Positions 19,195 to 28,278 of a stretch of DNA of 64,000 nucleotides are shown here, piece by piece. The stretch's first letter is position 1, and each line of letters opens with the position of its first letter. Location: positions 2,784,001-2,848,000 of the forward strand of contig CAWGAA010000001.1 in the NCBI GenBank assembly GCA_963820525.1, given 5' to 3'. A program made the position numbers and the translations under genes. The notes beneath the pieces were generated by a model. It saw nothing but the letters and a program-made list of their open reading frames with translations, ran no database searches and was not told the origin of the DNA. Source of the DNA: an uncultured Spirochaetota bacterium. GTDB taxonomy: Bacteria > Spirochaetota > Spirochaetia > SZUA-6 > Fen-1364.

Positions 19195-20374
19195 CCCATA
19201 TCTCACAATTAGTCGTAAAATTGGCTACTCTGTCGGCCTTGAATCACTCAACGAACGTGTCTTTGAGCTTGTAAAGCTCTACGATACTGAAAAAGGGCTT
19301 TCCTTTGCTTCATTTACCAATCTTGTAGAGAAGACATATGCTCGCAAGAATGCTGTGGAACATTTTGCCAATTTTTATGGTACACTTAATCTTGTTAGGC
19401 TTGTCGGAAGAGATATTGAGCCGCTTTTCAGATTAGACACTCTTGCTATTCTACGCAGACTCTTCCTTGATGACGAACCAAAATTCTTACTATGTCAACG
19501 AATCATTCTGACCCTGCTAATCATTGAGGCAGACGGGGATGTATTCCTTAATGGCCTCTTCGCTGATTTCAAGCCAAACGAGATGAAGACAAAGCTCGAA
19601 GCGATGTCCTTCACAAAAATCCAGCGTCTACAGACTGTATTTCCGACGAAAGCCTTGTTAGCGCAAATGGCTAGCATAATAAACATCAAAAACCAAACTC
19701 AGAAGAATGCAATTTCAGATGAAAAGCTTGGTCGCTTCGAAAAACGTAAAATGCCACTTGAGATGGGAAAAAGAACTACAAGCCTAGATACTTCAGTTTA
19801 TTTGACGCAAAACATCTCTGAAGACTACCTTGACAAGACCAGCAAGACAAGAAAGGGATGGGCACAAGACTTATTGCTGTTTAAAGGAGAGAAGCGAACG
19901 GCCATAGGGGACAAACTGTTGAGCTTTCTATTTGAGAATATAGTCTCCACCGACATTGAACGCAGTTGTATACTTTATTGGGGCTATAAATCTGATCTAG
20001 ACCGTATTCGAGTTGACCCCTCAAAAATCAGTGCTATTTCCTTCGAAGAATGGGATCTCATCTCTCAGATTTCAAAGGCCTATAAAGGGGAAACTTCCGT
20101 GGGGACACAGAAACTCTCCGATGATCAATTGTACAAGCTGTTCTTAAAAATGCATCAACTTTATAGAGAAGCGTCCTCTTCACGGGGATCTATTCGAAAC
20201 AGTTTACCCTTGTATATCGCTGAGCCAATTCTCGCTGCGTATTGCGTTGCAAAGAACATTCGGTTGCCCGACATAAACGCCTATCTAAAGAAAGAGTTCA
20301 CTCGACCAGTTCGACGTATCCAAAGAATGATAATCCGTGGTACCCTCGGAGCGCTTTACTTCATGAAGGAATAA
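19172..20374 (+). CDS. Uncharacterised 400-aa protein (possibly winged-helix rich)
   Basis: Long ORF overlapping or abutting both neighbours; no catalytic motif recognised. Confidence 0.75.
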   Translation: MVVITQANPYLTISRKIGYSVGLESLNERVFELVKLYDTEKGLSFASFTNLVEKTYARKNAVEHFANFYGTLNLVRLVGRDIEPLFRLDTLAILRRLFLDDEPKFLLCQRIILTLLIIEADGDVFLNGLFADFKPNEMKTKLEAMSFTKIQRLQTVFPTKALLAQMASIINIKNQTQKNAISDEKLGRFEKRKMPLEMGKRTTSLDTSVYLTQNISEDYLDKTSKTRKGWAQDLLLFKGEKRTAIGDKLLSFLFENIVSTDIERSCILYWGYKSDLDRIRVDPSKISAISFEEWDLISQISKAYKGETSVGTQKLSDDQLYKLFLKMHQLYREASSSRGSIRNSLPLYIAEPILAAYCVAKNIRLPDINAYLKKEFTRPVRRIQRMIIRGTLGALYFMKE

Positions 20375-20375
20375 T

Positions 20376-21260
20376 ATGGCTGTACACATCACCAAAGAGT
20401 TTCTCAACGATCTAAGAGAGGCCGATGATCTAAGGTTTGTCAGACAAGTATTGAATCACACGATAGACCGTGACGGTGATTTTGCAGACGACAAGGATGA
20501 TCATAGATATAAGGACATCGATGATGCTTGGATACGCTGCGTCAGTAAAGGCGCAACTGCTTTCCGGGTAATATTCATAAGAAAAGGTTCAGACATATAT
20601 CTCTATAGAGCTGGACATCATGACATTGAAGATCATTTGGCGCCTGCGCGCTCCTTTTCCTCGTCTATTACACTGGCAGAAGGCCCAATCAAACAGCCTC
20701 AAGAATATAAAGAGCAAGTTCCTCAGCAGATTTTTCTTAAGAACTCTGAACCTGCCTTCATAAACAAGTTCCTGATAAGCATGTATCACTTGAGGCATCA
20801 TGAGATCTACATTGTGTCTCCTTTTCTGGACTTGCCGATTCTATCTAGCAAGCATCACTTTGGTAGATTCCTTGACAAAGCAAAGGAAGAGGGAACCGAT
20901 GTTATTTTGATCACGCTACCTCCAAAAAATGACGATGAGATTACTGTTTTTAGAGACTTGGAGTTACGAGATATTCGAGTATTCTTTCTTCCTAGACTGC
21001 ACACAAAGCTATATATCTTTAATGTGGACCTTGAATCGAGAACTTTCTATCAGCGCGGTGTCTTCGGAACAGCTGTACTCGGATCCTCCAATTTGACATG
21101 CCCGGGTCTTGGTTTCGATGAACTGCAGCCTAATGAAGAGCTTTGTTCCACGTTTCACACCGATAGAATTGACGAATTGAAGGATTATGTTCTAAAGTTG
21201 ATGTTTCGCTCTCAGGACTTTACAGATTTTATGCAAAGAAGAAGGAGACAGCAACGATGA
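20376..21260 (+). CDS. RelE/ParE-like N-terminal domain fused to PLD (HKD) nuclease-like domain
   Basis: N-terminus VHITKEFLNDL...FRVIF...LYRAGHHD; C-terminus IVSPF, LHTKLYI, GSSNLT, NEE. Confidence 0.75.
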   Translation: MAVHITKEFLNDLREADDLRFVRQVLNHTIDRDGDFADDKDDHRYKDIDDAWIRCVSKGATAFRVIFIRKGSDIYLYRAGHHDIEDHLAPARSFSSSITLAEGPIKQPQEYKEQVPQQIFLKNSEPAFINKFLISMYHLRHHEIYIVSPFLDLPILSSKHHFGRFLDKAKEEGTDVILITLPPKNDDEITVFRDLELRDIRVFFLPRLHTKLYIFNVDLESRTFYQRGVFGTAVLGSSNLTCPGLGFDELQPNEELCSTFHTDRIDELKDYVLKLMFRSQDFTDFMQRRRRQQR

Positions 21261-22396
21261 TTGCTCCGGAGACATTTTATAAAGCTGCCAATCTGAGGGA
21301 CAATCCTTTTCGAACAAACCCTGCCGCCGAGGCAGATCCTCGAAGAGGCATCTGGATAGGGTATCTGAATGAAAGAAACACGTTGACGAAGTATCTCCAG
21401 CGTTCTTTGTCTGACAACGTTGGGAATATCAACTTTGTAATGATTTACGGCGAATTGGGTAATGGCAAATCGCACGCTCTGCTTTGGTCTCAGCATTTGG
21501 TGCTTGTTGCAGAAAACGAGAAATACAACAGTGTTGCATATTATATTCAAAGCCTAAAGCGCGACAAAGGCAAAATGTCATTTGTCTCAGCGTTCAATGA
21601 AGACATTGTTGGCAAGTCCAATCTTGCGGGAGATCTCCTAATCTATAAACAGTTTGTCTCTGAATGCATAATCGAGTATAAGCGAGATAACGCGCTCGGA
21701 CCTGATGTAAGCAATGATAAGGTGGCTGAGCGACTCATTCCATCAATGGATATGCGTAATACGCTTACAAAAATTCTGAAATGTGAAACCGAGGACAATA
21801 TAAGAGGCCTCTTAGGCACTGACACAGACTACTCTGCGATGCTGCTCTTCTGCCAAATTGTGAATCTGTTTGTTCACCCTTATGAACTTGCAGCAGGCAA
21901 GAAGAGATACAAGAAATGCGTCTATCTCTTCATTGACGAGATGGACGTTCTAGGTGAAGTCCCTCCCAAAGAAGCCAGAGATGTTAACGCCTTGTTACGA
22001 CATATCTATGACCTTTGCCCAAATTGCTTCTTCCTTGGGCTTGGCTTCACTGCAACTGCCGCTGAGCTTGGGGTTCTTTTCGATGAATTTGTTCTTTCTA
22101 GAGTTTCGAAGCAAATCACTCTGCAGTTCATGCAGCCTGTAGAAGCTCAGGACTTCATTCGCCAAATACTCAATACAGTTCGAATTGATAACAAGAAGCA
22201 CATTGATTATTTCCCATTCACGGAAGACGCGGTTGGGACAATAGTCTCACGAATGGTGTCAATAACTCCACGAAAAATCGTTAATCAAATGCTGCAGATA
22301 CTCGAAGAATGTCGCCTAGCAGATCTTGATCCGTCAAAGGCTCCGATCTCTACAACCCAACTCGATGAAAAGGAGATATGGGAGATGGTGGATTGA
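21257..22396 (+). CDS. P-loop AAA+ ATPase (Orc1/Cdc6- or STAND-like)
   Basis: NPF N-terminus, GELGNGKS, LFIDEMD, FPFTEDA, TPRKI motifs; ATGA overlap with upstream gene. Confidence 0.82.
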   Translation: MIAPETFYKAANLRDNPFRTNPAAEADPRRGIWIGYLNERNTLTKYLQRSLSDNVGNINFVMIYGELGNGKSHALLWSQHLVLVAENEKYNSVAYYIQSLKRDKGKMSFVSAFNEDIVGKSNLAGDLLIYKQFVSECIIEYKRDNALGPDVSNDKVAERLIPSMDMRNTLTKILKCETEDNIRGLLGTDTDYSAMLLFCQIVNLFVHPYELAAGKKRYKKCVYLFIDEMDVLGEVPPKEARDVNALLRHIYDLCPNCFFLGLGFTATAAELGVLFDEFVLSRVSKQITLQFMQPVEAQDFIRQILNTVRIDNKKHIDYFPFTEDAVGTIVSRMVSITPRKIVNQMLQILEECRLADLDPSKAPISTTQLDEKEIWEMVD

Positions 22397-23256
22397 GCAA
22401 GAAAATTGTCGGCGCAAAGACGAAGGCTCAGAAAGTCCTCGATGGCTTTGCGCAGTCAGAATGTCTCCCCATAGTGCAATCCATATCATCCATGCTAATT
22501 CGACTCCAAACAGCGTTTGACCTCCTTGGCAAATCGATTATGCACACTGACCAGAACTCTTCTCCTGTCATAGATCCTTCCACCATCCTTGAAGCAATTG
22601 AAAGCATGAAGCTTTCAGAGTTTTCTCTTGATAAAGATGCTGTAGATAATGCTCGCAAATGGGCAATTTTCCAACTTGCCACGACCTATAGCAACCTTGG
22701 AGAGTTGATTCGACAACACTGTGCCGAGCGAGCGATAAAGATAGACGGCGGCCCACGATCTTTCATTCTTGCTAATTTTCTGCATATTGTAATCGATTTT
22801 GAATCAAATGCCGTGTTTATAGAAGACAAAAAACTCGAGCGACTATCCACTTCCGCTATTCTTAAGTTGATCGATGCGGAAATTTCGAATGAAAACAAAA
22901 GAAGCCCGAGCTCGAGTGAATTCCTACTTGCTTGTTATCGGGCATATAGCTACCTCATAAAGGCTTCTGCTCAAGAGTATGGTACTCCTATGAGAGTTCG
23001 CGATGTTTACAAACAGATTATTATTGCGAGTCAGCCGGAGAAATTTTGGAAGAACCCCAATCGCGCAAACCTATTTGAATATGATGAACATCTCTTCAAG
23101 CGAGATCTTGTACGACTCTTTCTTGAGAACTCTTCGGCCCTTCCAACTGGTGAAAGTATTGAGCTATTGCCTACTGCCTTTCCTAAACAAGGGATTCCAA
23201 TCCCTTTGCCCGAAGGCACAAGATACATCGGTCATATTGCCTTCCGCAGAGCATAA
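22378..23256 (+). CDS. Uncharacterised 292-aa protein
   Basis: Long ORF coupled to both neighbours; helical, with a possible C-terminal wHTH. Confidence 0.75.
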   Translation: MGDGGLSKKIVGAKTKAQKVLDGFAQSECLPIVQSISSMLIRLQTAFDLLGKSIMHTDQNSSPVIDPSTILEAIESMKLSEFSLDKDAVDNARKWAIFQLATTYSNLGELIRQHCAERAIKIDGGPRSFILANFLHIVIDFESNAVFIEDKKLERLSTSAILKLIDAEISNENKRSPSSSEFLLACYRAYSYLIKASAQEYGTPMRVRDVYKQIIIASQPEKFWKNPNRANLFEYDEHLFKRDLVRLFLENSSALPTGESIELLPTAFPKQGIPIPLPEGTRYIGHIAFRRA

Positions 23257-23258
23257 CA

Positions 23259-24566
23259 ATGCTTGAGCTTTCTATTGAGACTGCTAGAAGGATCATAAGC
23301 CATCTAAAATCGGGAACTACTCCTATCGATTGTGTTCAACATCTCAACGTTGGCAACGAGAAGTGGTATTCTGCTGCAGAACGGCAACTTAAGGATATTT
23401 CAGTTGATGGGGATTCTTTGGTTAGATTCATAAACGGCTATTACGGCGACGGTAAGACGCACTTCCTTGGAATGCTAAGGGCGATAGCTTTTTCGAACAG
23501 GTGGGCGGTGTCTTATGTCTCAGCTGAGAACACTCCATTACACAAATTTGATGTCGTTTATTCTGAAATCATTCGGAACCTTAGCATTCCCCGTTCTTTG
23601 ACACTTCCAGAATGGATTGCCAAAGAAGATTGTAGAGGTGCACCAGCAATACTTGGAGCGCTTTTCTTTCGCTTTTACTTTGAGGCATACAGATTATCAG
23701 ACAACGCTGGCTTACGAAAAGAAAGAGTAATCGAAACTATTCGACATAGGGTAGCGACATTTTGTTCCCAACCGGATATCTCGGAGCCTCTCGGAGTCGC
23801 GATTAGGTACTATTTCGAGGCTATAATAAAGGGAGACTCCTCAACCGCTCATTCGCTTTGTGAATGGCTTGAAGGAATGGATGCCCGCGTTGACGGATTG
23901 CCTGTTCTGAAGAGGATCGATAAGCTTCGATCCAGAGACGCAAGTCGGGGACTATCGATAATCACCAAGGCCTCGGGCATCTCTGGAGTTCTTATACTGA
24001 TCGATGAGGCCGAGCGGATCATGGAACAGTCCCGATCTATACGCAACAAGAGCTACGGTGTTCTTAGAGATCTCTTAGATAATGCGGATGACCATGGCGG
24101 AATGACCTCAACCATCTATTATGTTGCTGCTACCCCGGAAATGTTTGAAACTGCAAGCGGTTTTGCTGAATACGACGCACTACGTTCGCGGCTTTCTAAC
24201 ATCGCTATCGCCTATGCCCCCGACTTAATAGATTGGCGCGGTACTCTTGTTAACCTAGTGAAGACCCCAATGAGTCCCGAGAACCTATCTTCTTTAGCGC
24301 GAAAAGTTATCGGAATCCACTCTATTGCCCGTCAATGGAATCCATCTTCTATCCTTTCTGAGGACTTGATCGATAAGATTATTGAAAAGGTAGTTGCTGG
24401 CGTCTTTTCATCTTCCAAGCCTCGTATAGTAACCTCTTTCTTCGCTAATCTGCTTGAGCTTCTGGAACAGAATAGAGAATATCCGCTAAACGATGGTATC
24501 GAAAGCGTATTGTCCTACATAGTGCCAATCCTCAAGACGAAGCCAAAAGCAAAGTCTTGGGAATAG
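23259..24566 (+). CDS. BrxD/DUF2791-like ATPase (copy 1)
   Basis: ARRIISHLKSGTTP...LNVG, GYYGDGKTHFL, LILIDEAE, ATPE, YDALRSRL motifs. Confidence 0.85.
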   Translation: MLELSIETARRIISHLKSGTTPIDCVQHLNVGNEKWYSAAERQLKDISVDGDSLVRFINGYYGDGKTHFLGMLRAIAFSNRWAVSYVSAENTPLHKFDVVYSEIIRNLSIPRSLTLPEWIAKEDCRGAPAILGALFFRFYFEAYRLSDNAGLRKERVIETIRHRVATFCSQPDISEPLGVAIRYYFEAIIKGDSSTAHSLCEWLEGMDARVDGLPVLKRIDKLRSRDASRGLSIITKASGISGVLILIDEAERIMEQSRSIRNKSYGVLRDLLDNADDHGGMTSTIYYVAATPEMFETASGFAEYDALRSRLSNIAIAYAPDLIDWRGTLVNLVKTPMSPENLSSLARKVIGIHSIARQWNPSSILSEDLIDKIIEKVVAGVFSSSKPRIVTSFFANLLELLEQNREYPLNDGIESVLSYIVPILKTKPKAKSWE

Positions 24567-25699
24567 ACCCAATGATTTCAAACCAACTAAAGCTCAGGCG
24601 GAACATTCGCTACCTCAAGAGAGGCGTATTCCCGCCTGAAGACATTGAACAATTTACTTTTGGTCGCGAGCGTGAATTGGCTGTCATTCAGAAAAAGCTA
24701 TCCGAAGTAAAGGATGGTTGCTGTAGATCTCTCTTTATTCAGGGCGTGTACGGACGAGGGAAATCACATTTATTAAAGTCAATTGAGGCCTCAGGTCTAC
24801 AGAGAGGATTTGCTGTGGCTTGGGTTACAATAGACGGATATGCGCATGCCTTCAATCACCCAACTAGGTATCTGCATTCCATTTCGGAAAGCATTCGCTT
24901 TCCATCCAGTCCTTATCGAGGTCTTGCGGCCAACGCTCGTGCTTGGTTATCGGGCGACAAACGTGAGACCCTTCTTTCATATCTCAGAAGCTCTCGCAAT
25001 ACTTGGATGTCTTTTGCACTTCAATCAATTGCAAGAGATCATCCTTCGTTTCTCGAAAACCATTACAACAGCATTATTGAGAGTCGAGACCTCTTGGGCA
25101 AGAACGGTAAACAATGGTTTGAGCTGGTCGTAGAACGGCTAGATGATATTAGCCGTTTATGTAAGCTTGTAGGACACGGCGGAGTCATTTACCTTTTTGA
25201 TGAGATTGAATCAATCGCCACCCAATTGTCCACGATTAGGCAGAGGCTATTGTCCTATGAGTTTTTAAATATGCTTATCGATGAACGTCGACATGCCCAT
25301 AGCTTTCTTGCATTCGCGGCTACCCCAGATTTTGGAAATAAGATATTGGAAGATGTAGCAGCTATTTCAAACTATGAAGCTGATTATGCTGATGCATGCA
25401 GATTCATTAGGAAATGGATTTCTAACAGCGTAGACTGCATAAATATCAACAGGTTATCAAAAGACTGTCTCTTCCTTCTCTGTGAGCATATTCGAACTAT
25501 TCATGAGAAGGCGTATGAATGGAAATCAAACGGGGCAGTATCCTCGGAGAGCATTAGGACGTTGGTTAGCGAGTGTTTCGCAAAAAACCTTGGAACGAGA
25601 GAGATTGTCAGAACAGTCGTTCATCTTCTTGAGGTCCATGAGCAGCTCTCTCATACGCATTCTTCCAGTCATAGCAGACTGAACGACGAAATCAAATGA
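24557..25699 (+). CDS. BrxD/DUF2791-like ATPase (copy 2; start may be ATG 24572)
   Basis: LKRGVFP...FTFGREREL, GVYGRGKSHLL, YLFDEIE, AATP motifs. Confidence 0.82.
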   Translation: MGIDPMISNQLKLRRNIRYLKRGVFPPEDIEQFTFGRERELAVIQKKLSEVKDGCCRSLFIQGVYGRGKSHLLKSIEASGLQRGFAVAWVTIDGYAHAFNHPTRYLHSISESIRFPSSPYRGLAANARAWLSGDKRETLLSYLRSSRNTWMSFALQSIARDHPSFLENHYNSIIESRDLLGKNGKQWFELVVERLDDISRLCKLVGHGGVIYLFDEIESIATQLSTIRQRLLSYEFLNMLIDERRHAHSFLAFAATPDFGNKILEDVAAISNYEADYADACRFIRKWISNSVDCININRLSKDCLFLLCEHIRTIHEKAYEWKSNGAVSSESIRTLVSECFAKNLGTREIVRTVVHLLEVHEQLSHTHSSSHSRLNDEIK

Positions 25700-25741
25700 A
25701 AGTTTGACCATTGTCTCAAGAAGTCTATTAAGATATTTGTG

Positions 25742-25960
25742 TCACTTATTGCTATCCGCATGCTCTTCGCTCAACTCCGCTTCGGCATCAGAAATTGTCA
25801 AGATAGACAAAGCTGCCGCTTTGCTTATGCTTCTGAGACTGACCTATATAAGAACCGTTTGAATCTTGATGGTTTCTCAATCCCGAGGCATCCTCCTGGC
25901 TCCTTTTTCTGCCAGCCATACCTCTCAAACTCGCGCATGAGAGCACTGTAGCTGCATCGG
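25742..25960 (-). pseudogene. Degraded C-terminus of an XRE/ImmA-IrrE-like regulator
   Basis: MREFERYGWQKKEPG...EKPSRFKRFLYRSVSE, then shifted frame ISKAAAL, resembling ImmA/IrrE family tails. Confidence 0.5.
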
Positions 25961-26038
25961 AAAGAAGCGCGTGCGCATATGCCCGAAATGGAATTGCCTG
26001 AATTGAGATGCCGTATTTAGACTCGTTTATATGTCCCC

Positions 26039-27701
26039 TTACCCCTTCACCTCCAGTATCTCCTCAGGTATATGTGTAATAAGCTTCACCAGTTCCTCGA
26101 ATCTAAAGTCAATGTCCATCACGGCATACATCTCCTTCTTGGAGTTGTAGATCGGCATCGCCGCCGTCATGATCAGCTTGTCCGTGTACTTGGAGAAAAA
26201 GAGATCCGAGTAATACGGCTCTCCGGTCTTCAGGACCGCGACAAACCAGTCATGCTTCCTGAAGTCCTTGTTCATGAGGTTTCTGAAAAGACTCTTCTCC
26301 CCGCGCTGGGTGTGCGCCTGGGAGATGCGCAGGCCCTCCAGGTTTGTCACGGCAAGAAGCTGGATGGAGGCCTCCCGCGTCACCACGTCATGGAGGTAGC
26401 TCTCCATGCGCTCTGCATCCAGGGAGCGCACCTCCTCTGAGACGGAGATGTGCTGGGCGATGTGGCGGGCCTTTTCAATCGCGGCCTCTTTAGCTTTCTG
26501 GAAGTCGGAGACGAAAAGCGAGGGCAGGAAATGCTTTGCCTGCGCCACAAGCTCATCAGCGGAAATGCTTGTGGTTCGGCCTTGGGCATACTGCTCAGTG
26601 ACCCAGGCGTTGATGTGCTTGATGCCGGGGTGGCGCTTGACCACCGGCTCCATGGCCCTGCCCGTGAGCTGCGGGATGTTTTTGTTTATCCATTGCGCAA
26701 TTCCCGCCATGCCGGATTTGTCCGTCACCATCACGCGGATGGGCCTGTTCAGAAGAGCCTCAGTATCAAAAATGTTATAGATCTCCGGGTTCTTGAGGAT
26801 GCCGTCCGCGTGGATGCCCGCGCGGGTCACGTTGAACTCGACCCCACAAAGGGATAGTTGGGTGCAACGGGAGCCTGGATCTCCGTCCGGAAATAGTCAG
26901 CAATCTCCGTGATGACACGGGTGTTCATGCCATCCGGCGTTCCCTTAAGCCCTATGTACTCCACCACCGCGGCTTCAAGCGGCGGGTTTCCCGTGCGCTC
27001 GCCAAAGCCCAGCACCGTGGCGTTTAGCGCGGAACATCCGTACAGCCAGGCGGATGTGGCGTTCACGTGCACCTTGTGAAAATCGTTGTGGCCGTGCCAC
27101 TCCAGAAGCAGAAGCCGTAGATGTCCGCGCGCGTAATATCTTCAAAGTGACAGCGCGGCCGTATGCCCTCCTCAAGCGCTGATTTCACAATGGCAAGGTA
27201 GTCTTCCATGACCTTGGCGCGGTTTGACTTGAACTTGAGAAACACGTGGTAGTCTGAGACAGAGGTGAGGATGCCCGTCTCCTTGAGGCCTAACCCCTTT
27301 ACTATAGACAGATCCTTTGCGTCAGCGCAAATCCATCCCGTCACCTCGGGGAACGGGTGTCCCAGGGCAAGGCAGGCCTCTACCGCCTGCGCGTCCCGCT
27401 TGGAGTACAGGAAGAACTCGCTTTATCTGATCACGCCCTTGGGGCCGCCCAGCTTGTGGAGAAGCCCAAAGATGAGGGCAATCTGCTCCGGGGCATACGG
27501 CGGCCGGGCCTGCTGGCCGTACCGGAAAGTGGTGTCCGTTATCCAGATGTCCTTGGGAGGGTTCAAAGGCACTTCCAGGCCGTCAAAGAGGATGCGCGGG
27601 ATATCGGAATAGGGGAATTGCTCCCGGTAGAGGTTGGGTTCCGCGGGAGATTCAAGGGGGAACGTGCGCCTGACAGGCAAAGGAGAGAAGGTGCTTTGCA
27701 T
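26039..27701 (-). pseudogene. HMGL-like (Re-citrate synthase / isopropylmalate synthase-type) enzyme with C-terminal Cache-like domain, disrupted
   Basis: DTTFR.GQQ, EWHGHNDF, GFGERTGN, TRAGIHADG spread over four frames; TAA at 27423-27425, internal deletion near 27108, frameshift near 26843. Confidence 0.8.
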
Positions 27702-27846
27702 ACAGCCTCCAGCAAAGTTGAGATTTGTTAGCAGAAAATATGATTTATATCAATTTCGCAGACATGAAAGTGACAAAAAATAGTTTTTATGTAAGTTTTA
27801 AGTAAGGGAAGTTGAAGGTTTTGCTAACCCTGATAGCGTTTGTTCT

Positions 27847-28278
27847 TCATGCTAGACCGCAAAAGCCTATCACTTTTTCAGCCAGCTCGCCCAAATCCTT
27901 CCGCGCCTCAGAAAGCGCATAGTCAAGGAACTCTGCCAGCGGATCTGTATCCCTCTCCCAGTATGGCTCAACAAAAGAGATGCCATATTTCTTTACCAAT
28001 CGGTCGAGAGCAACGGCGCAGACGAATACATCATCAATGTATCCCGCTGGGCCGTAGATCTTTTCCGGAAGCAGGTCGTTCGGTACAATCAAATAGCCCA
28101 GGACGCAGAGAATAGTCATTCTGTCTTCCGCTTGTAATTCCGGCCGGTCAAGGACGCCGGACAAAGCCTTGAAGATCGCGGGGAGGTAATAAATGTATTC
28201 CTTGATAGAACCGTGATAGGCGTTGATCTCCGTTTCCAGAAAATCGTGATAATCCTCAGGCATTTGTGCTTTTGCCAT
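27847..28278 (-). CDS. YkvA/DUF1232 family protein
   Basis: LGYLIVPNDLLPE..YGPAGYIDD motif; overlaps the helicase stop. Confidence 0.85.
   Translation of the reverse strand: MAKAQMPEDYHDFLETEINAYHGSIKEYIYYLPAIFKALSGVLDRPELQAEDRMTILCVLGYLIVPNDLLPEKIYGPAGYIDDVFVCAVALDRLVKKYGISFVEPYWERDTDPLAEFLDYALSEARKDLGELAEKVIGFCGLA

Noticed and set aside
23259..25699. Calling the operon canonical BREX or Shango
   Set aside because: No PglX, PglZ, BrxC, BrxHI, TerB or Lhr-like helicase is recognisable in the operon.
25712..25747. TGTC-starting AT-rich segment as the partner IS end (composite transposon) or a dif-like site
   Set aside because: Poor match to the end at 15610-15639 beyond TGTC, no target duplication seen, and no convincing XerC/XerD arms.
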